This document shows, in pieces, positions 24,167 through 37,539 of a stretch of 64,000 nucleotides of DNA. The stretch comes from Podospora anserina (Eukaryota). The notes beneath the pieces were generated by a model that searched no databases, was not told the DNA's origin, and saw only the letters and a program-made list of their open reading frames with translations. The stretch spans positions 496,001 to 560,000 of the forward strand of contig CM030332.1 of NCBI GenBank assembly GCA_017654855.1, in the 5' to 3' direction. Both the position numbers and the translations under genes were made by a program. Position 1 is the stretch's first letter. The number at the start of each line of letters is the position of its first letter.

Positions 24167-24670
24167 TCAATAACAGCGCCAAGAGCTGATGCGGTCATTG
24201 AAGAAGCCGTCGCCATCAGCGAGATTGGCATCTTCTTGGTTGGTATAAAACCGACCTTCGCAGTTGCCATGTCTATGGGCTCGTGAAATATTAGCTGGAC
24301 TGAGCCTAAAAGAAAGACTGGAGGAATTGGCACTTACTCATACCAAGTGCAAGACCAAGCAGCCTGGTTGCAAATCGAGCTGATCACGTCATTTCAGTCG
24401 GATGGGACATTGACTAGATGATTGTTAATACTTGCTGCTGATTGGGTTGTCCAAATGTCGGATAGCGGCGGGTTCCTCACAGCATTGGCTAGCTTCAGAC
24501 TAAAAGGGTTGGCAAGGGGCGCCCCAGTACGTGTGGTGGCAGGCGTAAACAGCTCTTCCGGTCTGACGAGGGGCAAGCTTACCCTCTTCAGCATCCGCGG
24601 CGGGAGCGGGGGCGGCAGTGGTCAGAACGCTCATTGTCAGCAGGGCGGTGAAACACTTGAGATTTACCAT
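24167..24670 (-). pseudogene. Small secreted beta/gamma-crystallin-like protein, copy C (two premature stops)
   Basis: MVNLKCFTALL...LAPRQ...YACHHTYWGAPCQPF*SEASQC / NVPSD*NDVISSI / HGNCEGRFYTNQEDANLADGDGFFNDRISSWRCY, with the same intron positions as copy B. Confidence 0.8.
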
Positions 24671-26597
24671 TTTGATGAGGTGTTAGGGGGCGATGGGGAT
24701 CAGAGACTGTTGGATTAATGGTAGCTCTGGTGAATTGAAAAGTTCGTCTGCTCTGGGTGCCCGGTCGAGCTTTCTTTATAGTTTCCCTTCGACTGATCAA
24801 TAAGGTACCTCATCATGTCCGCAGACTGGATGTCCAAGATGATACTACTCGGTCCTTGACAGAGCCAGTGACTCCGGCACATCGGTTATTTCCAAGCCTT
24901 CACGCTGTGAAGTATGTTGGATCACATGACTGTTGGCTCAAGAACTCGTTGGTTGAGGTTCATGTCAGGTCAACGCTTATACGTTGTCGATGGTAGCTGG
25001 TAGTTTGGTTCATGCTCGATACCTTACCCTACAGGCAACTGCATTGCCAATAACACACCATAATTCTGGTTAGGCAAGTACTATTGTTTGCTGAATCTAC
25101 CACTCCATGCCTGACCAATTAAGAATAGGTAGGCATCTTCATTTTACATTCTGGTCTGAGCTGGATCCTTTGCAGGAATCTAGTTCCACTCATTTTGTAT
25201 CTGTTTAAAGAAAGTCTTTTTGCCCTGGTAGGCCGGAAAACCTAGCTATGCTTCCAAGAACTCTTTGCTTCGAAAGATGATTTAAAAAGTCACAGGTATA
25301 TCGCCCGGAAGTCTTCTCAATTTCCAAGAAACGTGTCATAGACTCCCAGTCTCCTTCAAGATACGTAGTCCATGCTGCATTCAACCAAATCTGTTCATGA
25401 TAGCTCCGCGCGATTCCTATCTTGTCTTCCCTTCCCGCTTTTACTTCCATATCAAGGCCCAACCTTAATGATTACGCACACGTGAGCTCTTTGCAGGCCA
25501 GGTATCAACTAAGCTTAACCAAACTGTATCTTGAACCCCTGTTGCGAGCTCCTATTGGTCTGTCTGTAGTGGGAAACATGTAAGTGCCAGGGGATGGTCA
25601 CCAACCACATAAATATTGGCACCATCGTCTCTCAACAGAGGCCTGCGTAGAGTGACCTTGTTCCCGAAAGAATTCGGAATGCAACCCGTCCGATCCCCAG
25701 CTGCAAGCGTTGGTACCGTGTTTTTGCCGCTCAGCTACTGAACGTCAACAAATGAGAGTGCCAAGATGGCTAGGTGATATGTTATCCTAACCAAAGAGTT
25801 AGATCCTGATTTCCAATACCAGAGCCAACACTCTAAACCAGATAGAATTGACTATCACATGCGAATCATGTAGTATCGAAAGAACGGTCAAAAAGGTCGC
25901 ATGATCAAGAATGTTGGCCAACCTGAACCAATGTCTAGTCTAACGAGACATTGTTTCCGTGTTTCGGGTGTTTCGATTCTGAGATAACCAACAGATATAA
26001 GATGGGTTGTGCGCAGGCTTGTCTGAGGATCTGCTGTCCCACACTCTCTAACAAGTTCTCAGACTGAACATGCCTGAGTTAGGAGTGCTCTCCTACACAC
26101 TAGGCACGCTGTTACCGTCGAACCGGCAGCTGGGAGCCCATGACGCTCACTTCCCTCGATGATTGCTGTCATGCACATGCTAAACGTCGACAAGTTGAGA
26201 TCATCACCGACCTTGTCAGACTGGCGTATAGCTCGGTGAAGCTTCAGACAGAAGCAGTCATATGGTAAGTAAACAGTCCCAAGTCTTCAGCCCCTATCCT
26301 TGTCGCCCTGCTTGGAAGCTCCACTGGTCGGTGGGTAGCGTCCCGATCCGCCTCCAGGTACCGGCAGGTTGGGACGCTGCGGGGTAATTAGCGGCATCAG
26401 CGGGGCCGGGAATGACGGCATCATCGACAGTCCGGCCATCGGAGCTTCGTTTGTTTTTGAGATACAAGTGGATTGGTAATCCGGGAAACGGAATCCTGGA
26501 TAACCCTTGATCGTGCTGAATGATAAAAACAATTTCGGCAACTTTTGTGTAGGCTTTGTACTTGTTCGCCAACATCAGTCCAATACCAAGCCTCACC

Positions 26598-27736
26598 ATG
26601 GCATCAGGTCCCATCAAGATCGCAGTCCTCGACGACTACCAGGGTATCTCTGAACCCAAGTACCAGAGACTTGACCCCTCAAAGTATGAGGTGTCTTTCT
26701 TCAAAGACACTCTGCCCCCGTTCAATCATTCCGATACCACCCAAGATGTCAAGGACAAACTTGTCGCCAGACTCGAGCCTTTCACGGTGATCTGTATGGA
26801 AGACGTTGCTTTCATGTGTTGAGATAATCAGATGGCTAACAATTGCTAGCCACCATGAGGGAGCGTACTCCTTTCCCAAAGGATTTGATTGCCCGCCTCC
26901 CCAACCTGAAGCTCCTCTTGACTACCGGAAACCGCAACTTGGGGCTGGACCTGGAAGCCTTCAAAGAGCGGGGCATCCCTGTTGCTGGTGCTGTCGACAG
27001 AGCTCATGCAGGGTCGGTAGGTTCTATCAGCACAACGGAGCACTGTGTCGCCATGATCCTTGCTGCGGCTCGCAACATTGCGCAAGACGATTTCTCGGTC
27101 AAAGCTGGTGGCTGGCAAACAGTTCCTGCCGTCTGTCTTCGCGGCAAGATCTTTGGCACCGTCGGTCTCGGGCGGTTGGGCATTGCCGTTGCAAAGATCA
27201 TGTACCTGGCCTTCGGGATGCGCATCATCGCCTGGAGCTCCAACCTGACACAAGATGCTGCCGATGAGAAGGCTCGGGCTGCCGGATTTCCCGTCGAAAA
27301 TGAACACGGAGAGAAGACCTTCAAGGTTGTCAGCAAGGAAGAGCTTTTCAAGACGGCAGATGTGGTCAGCATTCACCTTGTTCTCTCGGATCGGTCCAGG
27401 GGCAGCATCGCTGCTGCTGACCTCGCTCTGATGAAGCCCTCTGCCATCTTTGTGAACACGTCGCGGGGACCTCTTGTTGTGGAGAAGGATCTTCAGGATG
27501 CGCTAGAGCAAGGCAAGATCCGCGCAGCAGCTCTCGATGTATTTGAAAGAGAGCCTCTGCCGCTGGACAGCAGGTGGAGGACAACAAAGTGGGGACAAGA
27601 TGGAAGGAGTCGCGTGTTGCTCACGCCTCATATGGGCTATGTGGAAGAAGCGACACTCGATGCCTGGTATGAGGAGCAGGTAGCAAATCTGCTGAGGTGG
27701 GAGAAGAATGAAGGTCTTACAACCCCATTGTATTAG
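26598..27736 (+). CDS. D-isomer-specific 2-hydroxyacid dehydrogenase
   Basis: Exons 26598-26793 and 26850-27736. Motifs IAVLDDYQ, TMRERT, GTVGLGRLG, VNTSRGPLV, ALDVF..EPL, LTPHMGY. Confidence 0.92.
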
Positions 27737-28301
27737 CTGCCATGCATTGCTTCTTGATCAATGATAATAAGCTATGCGCTTTGTTCAGCCGTCTTTGGTC
27801 ACATCATAAGTGTTTTACACAGGGTGAATCATGGCCATTGAAGCAATAACGGTCACCTCTCTCGCGGCGTTCTTTCTCTCGGTGCCTGGCACTCCTGCCG
27901 TCTTTTACCTATGTTCAGGTTTCCGCTCATTTTACTTAGGGTGCCTTTGCGTCATCTCATTCGTGCCTTCCCTTCTCTTCAGCACTTGCTGATTCCTGAA
28001 AGGCCCGTGCTATCGGCGGCGTCGTCTGTTTACTTACCTCCTACTGCAAAGCTTCCAGGTTTCTGCTGGCTTATCCTCTCTTCTCTTGGATCCCAAAACC
28101 ACAGCTTCGTGGAGTTTCTCTGCCAGCAACAAACACGAACTTGGACAACCGCTCCGAAGAGGAAACCCACACGCCTATCCAATCATCATCTAAACCCGCT
28201 TCTGTGTTCTCGAGCAACCTGTCCGACGTCACCCTTTTCTACAAACATCCTTGGCATCTTTGCGACGGTCCTCTCATCAAAGCTGTCAAGTAAGACGAAC
28301 C

Positions 28302-29915
28302 ATGGCATCGCAGCGGGAGCCCCACAACAGTACGGAAGCACAAATTTCCATCATCAGCAGTGACATCAAGCTAAGGTTTATGTGCAGGCATGACGCTACC
28401 ACTTCGCACCCGTGAGGCTCCCCAAGGTCCCCGAAAGCAGGTCCAGCTCCAACGGGCCACAGCTAGTGGTATGTTGAATTGCAGAATTTGAAAAGCGATT
28501 GATCTAATTATTTTGACATAGATATAATGCCTCCCCTCGGTCCCTCCCGCCCCGGGTATGGAAGCCCCTCGTTCGGAATCCCTCCCGCCCCGGTCATCGA
28601 CCGTCCTCTTCATCTCTGGGGTCAAACGACCCCAGTTCAAGTCCCCCAGGGCCATCCGGGGGCTCATTACGGACCAATCCCTATTCAGGGTACCCCTCAA
28701 GATCGCTTCAGGCGCGAGGTTCTTGGTCGACGTGGAGAAGCCATGGGTTCGGGGCCTAGATGGACACCTGCTCCTCCCCTTGCCCAACAGTCTTTGAGGA
28801 GTAGCGGTGCCCTTCAGCCTTACACCCCCCGAGCCTCATCGACGCCCCCTCAGACCGCTGAAGCGCTGGCGAACGCCCCCCAAAAGCTTTCATTCGCGTG
28901 CCAACGGCGTCGCTTCAACCCAGTGTTCGAAGCCTTCGAAACCTCCGACGGCAGACACGGGTGCCATGTCAAAATAGACGGCGCACTGTTGAGAAGTGAC
29001 CGTCTTTTTGAAACAGCCCGGCAAGCCAAGGAGGATGCAGCCATGAAAGGGTTGGATTACCTTCGGCAGAACAGCCGGGCAAGTCGGTCTACGGTCCCCT
29101 CAGCGAGCTCAGGGGGCGAGCCAAGAACCCAGGTCAGTGGGTCTGCTCAGCGTTTAAAAAACAGAGAGGCTGCTACAGTTCGTCACGGTTCTCCTGCTTC
29201 TCGTTCTAACGCACCTAACACTCGTCTCTAGGCACGCCTCCTCCCATCTCAAGCGTCATCTTCCATGCGTTCTGAAGCATCCATCGCTTACCTTGCGACC
29301 TCAGTTGCTCGTCTTGAGGCGACGATCGCCCATCTCCAGGCACCCGCTTCCAGTGCACGGGATAACTTCACCCGAGTGCCTATCAAGCAAGACCAAGATG
29401 TCGAAATGACGGGCGTCCCAGCTTCCGGTGGCACTCTGGTGTCCGTCATCAGCGCGGCCCAGCAGGCAGAATTGCTAAACCAAATACAACGGATCACTGG
29501 GATGGACGTGATAAATCCATCCAGGGAGAGTGCCGAGGTGACCTGTGCCTATCTCGAAGGTTTGGCCGTGGGATCACGGCTGGCCACGGTAGCACGCGGC
29601 CGTTCCCGCTCCCCTACCCGTTCTCCGCAGACTTCCCGAGGGCGTCGGCACCGTGAGCGTTCACCCGCCGACGCCCGGGTTCGGCTGACCCCGCCCCCAG
29701 TGTACCAGCGATGGAGTGGCCGCCCTGCGACAGATCGGTACCGTCCTGGTGAAGACCGGTATTGTCCTGATGAAGTCGGGCGTCTCCGTGACGACACCCG
29801 CTCTCGCAACAGGGGCAGTGGTTCAGTGGAATCTGGGGTGACTTCTGGCCATGGCAGTGGCAGGAGCTCCGAGAATGAGAGTGGAAACACTCATGAGAAG
29901 CGCTCCTTATCTTGA
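28302..29915 (+). CDS. Hypothetical protein with one dsRBD-like domain and RS-rich tail
   Basis: Four exons (donors gtacgg, gtatgt, gtcagt; last intron 29133-29231) join in frame. QKLSFACQRRRFNPVF...CHVKIDG...ARQAKEDAAMKGL resembles a double-stranded RNA-binding motif; tail contains RGRSRSPTRSP. Confidence 0.65.
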
Positions 29916-30409
29916 TCTTGACGACGGCGTCTTCTGATACTGGGGCACATTACCGGCTCACAGGAGCTGAGCCGGTATTGTTTGTCAATGGGGGTCGTGT
30001 CCTGTCCCCATCGGTGTTTTCGTGTTTTATGTGGAGTTTTGCGTTTTGATATTGGTCTTGTCTTTCATTGCTTTTTCGGGATTGCTGTCTGCCGTTTTCT
30101 CATTCCTATTTAACATTGAAGTTCGGCAGAATTGGGGAAATGTGATATTCGGTCATCCTTTGCAGGACTTGCCGTGCCCTTTTGCATGTTTCATTGGGCT
30201 ATCACTTGCTGAACAATCTGGGATCCGGCGGGATATGGGCCGAAGAATTCATGAGGTTCATACAAAGTACTGACACTGGTTGCTTACACGGCTGTCACGG
30301 TTGATGTGGGGAGCTGGCATGTGGAGTAAAAGGCCGCCCGAGATGTATAGTAGTTTCTGTAATCACGAATGTAACAATTGTAACACAGGGAAATATGAGA
30401 AGCTGCTTC

Positions 30410-31261
30410 TTACAGCTTACTTGGCATGCGGGTTGCGCCATCCAACCGGATAACAACTCCATTCAGCATGACGTTCTCGATTGTTTGCTTCACCAAGGAA
30501 GCGAACTCCTCTGGCTGACCCGCCCTCGCCGGGAATTCCATGGCCTTTTGAAGGCCCTCTCTCACCTTGTCCGACATCATGGCCGTCATGGCCGAGTCGA
30601 ACATGCTAGGCGCAATGGTCACAACTCTAATGCCAAATCTTGCGAGATCCCGAGCCATGGGCAGAGTCATGGAGGCAACAGCGCCTTTGCTCGCCGCGTA
30701 GGCCACCTGGCCCATCTGTCCCTCAAAGGCGGCGGAGCTGGCCACCATGACAACCACACCCCTTTCCTTGTCCGGGCCATAGGGCTCAGATTTGGCCAGG
30801 AGAGGCAGAAACTGACGAGTAACATCAAGAGTACCCCGGAGGTTAATGTTGAGGACAAAGTCGATGCTATCCAGGGAGACGGGGTTGAGGCGCTTGTCGA
30901 GGATCAGACCTGGGGCGCCGACACCAGCCGCTGGGATGATACCCGCGAGGGGCTTGCCAATTTCCTTGATCCATGAGGTCACGGCGGAGACGGCAGAGGA
31001 GACTGAGTCGGTGGAAGAGACATCGCAGGGGAAGAATTTGGCTGATGGGGCGCCGCCGAGGGAGGTTACGGCTTTGGCGCCGGTTTCTTCGTTGAGATCC
31101 AGGATGGCAACGGAGGCGCCGGAGGAGATGAGGGTGCGGGCTGTGGCGAGGCCTAGGCCGGAGGCGCTGGGAGAGATGATCAGTATGGTGATAAGAAGCT
31201 GAGATGAAGCCGGGTCAGCTTACCCGCCTGAGATGACAAAGCTGCGGCCGTCGATTTTCAT
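30410..31261 (-). CDS. Short-chain dehydrogenase, 3-hydroxyacyl-CoA dehydrogenase type-2 (HSD17B10-like)
   Basis: Exons 31261-31224 and 31166-30410. Motifs SGGASGLG, ASSAAFEGQMGQVAYAASK, TLPMARDL, LNGVVIRLDGATRM. Confidence 0.92.
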
Positions 31262-32356
31262 TTTGGATCACTGGAGGAGGATGTGGATGGGATGGGATGA
31301 GAGGAACAAGGTGGGGTAGTGGTAGAATGTCAGGTTGAGATGGAAGAGGTCTAAAATTATATGTAAATGGTAAAATACCTGCCGGGCCGGTCGTGTCCCT
31401 GGTGTAAGTGACGACGATGGTCTTGGTGTTGTTAAATAAAGTGGGTCATCCGAGTGCCGAGCTCTGTGGGGGAGGTTGCATTGATCGGGAATGCCTCGGT
31501 TCCATGTTAAGCAGTCCCCAATAGATGCATGAGCACATGGAGCGGGTCTCGAGCTGTCTGAGCTCAAGCCTCAAAAATTGTGAAGCATCTGCAGGGTCTC
31601 CGCCGCATCATTGGTGTGGCTTTGTCACCGTTACGAAACGTTACGAGCCCAACTTCCACACCAGCCACATTTTCCCCCACACGCACATGTCACACTGCAG
31701 CCATCGTCCCTCGTGCTCGCTTTCCCTGCCGTCTGGTTCCCCCCTTGTCTGATCTCGTTTCTTTGCTTGCAGATAAGGCCGGCGTCGTGGAACCGAACCT
31801 TTACACCAGCTCTTTCAACAAACTGGCTTTCCTTTTTTGATTGCAGTCTGAATAAAGTTGATCGCATCACGAAGGAAAAGGAGAAAACGAAAAGAACGGG
31901 AGCCCACTTTTTTCCCATGCAGGTGTTGTACTGTGTACTACACCGCTCCTCTCTTTAATCTTGCTTGTCTTTGGTGTCGCAAAGTTCAACCTTTTCGATC
32001 GACGAAAACGCACAATTTCCGGTTGGCGCTAACGCAGGTTTCATGTGTGGCTGGTCTTTTTAGTTATTATTTTTGTTATACAGAAGGATACACGAATTAC
32101 CAGCTTCTTTGCGCCATAGAGCAACACACAGAGAGTAACAGGTTTCCACACTCGAGTAACAAAGACCACCGAGGGTCGTCAAACACTTTGAGCGAGAGAG
32201 ATCCACGACGCTACGAACGAACGAACCCCGCCCGAGACATTCTTGGAGTTGCGCGCGCATAGCATACACAGACAAACGCTACCACTACCCAACACCACAC
32301 CAGAACCCTTTTCATAAACCATATTTGAGGCGAAACACCCAGATAAAAACGATCGC

Positions 32357-33596
32357 ATGAGCAGCTACGTCGAGCTCTCCGGCTTCGGCCGGCCCCGCCG
32401 GGGATCCTCCGCCGCGAGCGACACGAGCAGCGCCGGCACAGTCACCCGCGGACAGGACAGAGAACAAGAGCTAGGGAGCATGTACGACTACTTGGCCAAA
32501 ATCATACTGCTAGGTCCAAGCGGGACTGGAAAGTCTGTTTCCCCCCATGCCACCAACCCCCAACTTTGAACTCTTGCTGACTTGCCTGTATGCATTGTAA
32601 AGGTCCTGTCTCCTCCATCGTTTCGTCAAGTCCGAGTGGCGCGTGCTATCCTCCCAGACTATCGGCGTCGAGTTTGCCTCCAAGATCATCAAAGTCGGTA
32701 CCGGCGCAAGGAGGAAGCGAATCAAACTCCAGCTTTGGGATACCGCGGGCACGGAAAGGTTCAGGTCGGTGTCGAGGTCGTACTATCGGGGCGCGGCGGG
32801 CGCGATACTGGTGTATGATGTCACCAGCCATGCGAGCTTCAACAGTCTGCAGCCTTTTCTGAACGATGCGAGGGCGCTGGCGAGTCCGAATTTGAGTCTG
32901 TTGTTGGTGGGGAATAAAGTCGACTTGGCGGCTAGCCAGACGGGAGCGTACTCGGATTATGAGGATAATGATGACTGGGGGAGGGACAATAGGCTAGGAG
33001 TAGGGGGTGGGAGGGGTGGGGGGTTGCCGACGCCGAGCAGTATCGCCAGTAGCAGTGTTACTTCTTTTCAGACTACGACGACGACGATGACGGATCGGAC
33101 TGAGCAAGGGGGGAGGGGTCAGCAGACGCCGATGGTGCCGAGTTCGTATTCTAGTATGTCGACTATTCACCCGGGGCTGGGGTCACAACTGAAGGCGACG
33201 ATTGCGCCGGATGGGAGGGAGGTCGGCGCGGTTGAGGCGTCGAGGTGGGCGAACACGGTGAACATTCCTGTGACGATGGAGGTTTCGGCGCTGAGTGGGG
33301 AGGGTGTGGATGAGGTCTTTGGGAGGTTGGCGAGGATGATTTTGACCAAGATTGAGTTGGGAGAGATTGATCCTGACGATCCGATGAGTGGGATTCAGTA
33401 TGGTGATGCTGGCGCGCTGTGGAATGCTGGCGCAAGTGATGGCGGGAGCATCAAGAGCACTTTGACGGCTGATGACGTTGGCGTCGGGGGAAGAAGGAGA
33501 AGAGGAAAGCCAAAACGGATGGGACAGGGTGGGCTGAGAGAATGGGAGGAAGTTTTCACGCTGACGGGAAGGAGAAGAAACAGGGGGTGTTGTTGA
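32357..33596 (+). CDS. ypt4: Rab4-type small GTPase with low-complexity insertion
   Basis: Exons 32357-32532 and 32603-33596. Motifs GPSGTGKS, TIGVEF, KLQLWDTAGTERFRSVSRSYYRGA, GNKVD, EVSA and C-terminal CC. Confidence 0.88.
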
Positions 33597-34820
33597 TGAT
33601 GGGAGTCGAAAGACGAGGACCTAATGATACCATGCGGCGACTAATACCTGCTGGTAATGGACTGACGATGTGTATGGACTTTTTATGGCATATTTATTCT
33701 GCACGACGCTTATCATGTGGCATGGAGTTGGTAGAGGAGCGGGCGGGTCTGTCTCTCTAGACACTCTTTGTTTTTCTTTTTGTTTTTTTTTGTTTTTTTT
33801 TGTTTTTTTTTTGGTACTGCATAGCCTACATGAGTTATTTCTTCTATATTTTTTGATCTTCGTCTGTCTTGATGCAACGGCGGGATGATTTCAGGATCTG
33901 GCACCTGAGCATAGTTCGGCGGGTGCCTTGGGGGTTATCATGCTGTTGCCGATGCATGTGATATAGATGGCAGAAACGAAGGGTCCGATATGCACAAGGC
34001 TGGACCGACGCAGTCCGTCGCTGCAGATTGTCACGGCGAAACAAAAACTTCCATATGCGCTCCTATCTGGTGAGCTGACTGGCTATACTTCGGCCATCAT
34101 GAGCTGCTAGCTGGTGAGGTGAGGTTGGAGTTTAGCCTAAAACGGACGCGGACAGCGTCCTTCCGGGCGCCCAAGGAACTTCCGCACTATCATCAGCAGG
34201 AGCTTTGATCCTCTGACTCGGCAATGTTTTCTGACACAAAGAGAGCAGAAGTGGACAAAATTCGTTTCTGAAGCATTCAAGAGAGAGCTCATGACCCCGT
34301 TATAGTTACAGGCTCATGACTGGCATCAATCATGATGGGCTGGTGCCACAAGCAACCACCAAGCAAATGCCCCAATTTTGCACTTAGATACTCCAACAAC
34401 AGCATCACAATTGGAGAAAGCAAGCTCCATCTGCAGACTCCAACACGGGATGGACGGCCAGGATGGATGGCCTGCAGCCCCTGGGCGTGTGGGGGGAGGC
34501 CAGGGGAGCTCCTTCTTCATTCGCAACGCCATTTGTTCCCTCGGGGTGCCTTCCCCCGCGGTCTTCAACACGGTGAGCGGCAGCTCGAATTCCAGGCCAT
34601 GAGAGGAAACATTGAAGAGCTATAAGACGGCTCTTGCTCTGGACATGTTCAAGAAATACACAACTCTCTTGTCGGCAGCAGCAGCAGCAACCACAGTTTG
34701 TGTCTCTCTGTGAGAGTCATCACCAGGCTGTCCCTCCTTCCACCACCTGTACCCCACTGTCGTTCCCCTCACTGCCCCTCACCACCAACAACCCCACCAT
34801 ACGATAGGGTTTTATGTACC

Positions 34821-37441
34821 ATGGCTCCCGCCGCCGTTATCGTGGTCCCCGTCGACAAGAACTGGGAGTTCAAGCAGCTCGACAAGGAAGACGCCGAGTT
34901 CCTCCCCGTTTCCCAGTTCCCGACCAACGTCCACCTCGACCTCATCCACCACAAGATCATCCCCGACCCCTTCATTGGCAAGAACGAGCTCGATGTGCAG
35001 TGGGTGGGCGAGGCGCAATGGGTCTACAAGACTACGTTCAAGGGACAGCCCGTCCCAGAGGGGGCCAAGGCTGTGTTGGCCTTCGACGGGTTGGACACCT
35101 TTGCGACTGTAAAGGTGAACGGGACCACGATCTTGGAGACAGATAATATGTTCAACCCTGAGAGGGTGGAGGTGACAGGGCTGTTGAAGGAGGAGAACGA
35201 GCTTGTTATCAGCTTTGACAGTGCCTATCTCAGGGGCTGGAAGCTGGTTGAGAAGTATCCTGAGCACAAGTGGGGTGTGTGGAATGGTGATAATTCGAGA
35301 TTGGCTGTGAGGAAGGCGCAGTATCACTGGGTATGATCTCTCTTGTGCAGGCTGTCAAGGAGTATCTTGCTAACAATGAGAAATAGGGATGGGACTGGGG
35401 CCCGGCGCTCCTGACTTGCGGACCATGGCGGCCAATCAACCTCGAAATCTACGAAACGAGACTTGCAGACCTCAGCTTTGACAGCACCATCTCCGAGAAT
35501 CTTAAGTCAGCCGGCATCAAGGCCACAGCTGAAGTTGAGGGGCCAGGTGGAAAGGTCAAATTTGAGCTCTCGCTCGATGGTGAACAAGTGGCGGCCCAAA
35601 CCGCAGACGCCAATGGCTCCGGCAGCGTCACAGTTTCCTTCCATCTCGACAATCCTTCGCTTTGGTATCCCTTCCGCTATGGAGAGCAGCCCCTTTACAC
35701 ACTCACGGCCACTATCCTGAGTGGCGATGATGAGATTTCCAGCATCAGCAAACGGATCGGTCTTCGCCGGGCCGAGCTCGTTCAGCAACCACTCCTTGAC
35801 CAGCCCGGAACCTCCTTCTTCTTCCGCGTCAACAACATTCCCATCTACTGCGGTGGCTCGGACTGGATCCCCGCCGACAACTTTATCCCCCGTATCACAG
35901 CCCAAAAATACTACGAATGGATTTCTCTTATCCGTGATGGCAACCAGTTCATGGTCCGTGTTTGGGGCGGCGGCATCTACGAGGAACAGGCCTTCTATGA
36001 TGCATGCGACGAGCTCGGCGTTCTCGTGTGGCAAGACTTCATGTTCGGCTGTGGCAACTACCCTGCCTGGCCTGAGCTGAGGAAGTCTATTGACCGGGAG
36101 GCCCGTGAGAACGTCAAGCTCCTCAGACACCACCCTTCTATCGTCATCTGGGCCGGCAACAATGAGGACTACCAGTACCAGGAGTCTGCTGGGTTGACCT
36201 ACGATTTTGAGAACAAGGACGCCGAATCTTGGCTTCAGACCGACTTCCCAGCGAGATACATCTATGAGAAGATTCTTAGTGATGCCTGCGCGGAACTCAT
36301 TCCAAGCACTTTCTACCATCCTGGCAGTCCGTGGGGTGCGGGAAGGGATACACACGATGCCACGGTGGGCGATATCCACCAGTGGAACGTCTGGCATGGT
36401 ACCCAGGAGAAGTGGCAGGATTTTGACAAGCTCTCTGGAAGATTCGTCAGCGAGTTTGGCATGCAGGCTTTCCCGGACGTCAAGACCATCGACGCGTATC
36501 TGCCTCTCGGCAAAGACGACCCGGACCGATACCCCCAATCTTCCACTGTCGACTTCCACAACAAGGCCGACGGTCACGAGAGGAGAATCGCTCTGTATCT
36601 GGTGGAGAACATGAGATATGCCCCTGACCCCTTGGAACAGTTTGTCTACTCTACCCAGTTGATGCAGGCAGAGTGTCTTGCCAGCGCGTACAGACTCTGG
36701 AAGAGGCAGTGGAAGGGTCCAGGGAGGGAGTACAACGCGGGTGCTTTGGTGTGGCAGATCAATGACTGCTGGCCGGTGACGAGTTGGTCGATTGTGGACT
36801 TTTATCTCCGGCCAAAACACGCTTTTTACACGGTCAAGCGGGAGATGGCGCCCGTTTCGGCGGGGATCACGCGCAAGATTCACAAGCACCCCAGGGATAA
36901 GTACACGCGGGTGTATATCGACACTGAGACGAAGATTGAAGTCTGGGGGAGCAACCTTACCCTTGAGGATTTGACTGTTGATGTGGTGCTCAAGGCTTGG
37001 GATGTTACTACTGGGGAGTTGACGCTTGAAAAGAAGATTGCCGAGGGGTTGGTCCTGCCAGAGAATAGATCGACGGAAGTGGGCGCGTTGGATGTTCCGG
37101 TGAGGGAGAAGGGCAAGGGAGAGGAGAACAAGATTGTCGTGACGGCGTATATTGTTCAGAATGGCAAGCAAATCGCGCGGTATGTCAACTGGCCGGAGCC
37201 GCTCAAGTATGTGCACCTCCAGAAGCCGAAGGAGCTCAAGGTGGTGCTCAATGATGATGCCACGGCTGTGGACATCAGCGCTGAGGTCCCCGTCAAGGGT
37301 GTCGCGCTGGAGTGCGAGGATGATGCGGTCAAGTTTGATGATAATTTGGTGGATATTGTTCCTGGGGAGGTGGTTTCTATTGCTGTCAAGGGGGCGACGA
37401 AGGAGACCAAGATTTCGACGAGGTATTTGGGCATGATCTAG
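34821..37441 (+). CDS. mndB: GH2 beta-mannosidase (no signal peptide, mannosidase B type)
   Basis: Exons 34821-35330 and 35387-37441. Motifs FDGLDTFA, RKAQYHWGWDWGP, VRVWGGGIYE, WQDFMFGC, WAGNNED, FVSEFGM, WQINDCWP. Confidence 0.93.
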
Positions 37442-37539
37442 ACTTTTTTGCTTTTCATTTGCTGGGATTTTTACAGGGCAAAGGGACAAAACGGACGATG
37501 TTATATTCTCAGACATACCTTAGATGATATGCAGTTGGT

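Noticed and set aside
25205-25462. 85-aa minus-strand ORF in the accessory region
   Set aside because: No ATG start, splice context or recognisable motif; may be a remnant but cannot be supported.
33770-33812. Poly-T tract, plus (TG)n near 50177-50196 and the compound microsatellite at 55118
   Set aside because: Ordinary 3'-region simple repeats.
35507-37516. 669-aa antisense ORF over the beta-mannosidase gene (similar shadows over MIC60, SAC1, XDH and the Nudix gene)
   Set aside because: Expected antisense shadow of strong codon bias; no recognisable motifs.
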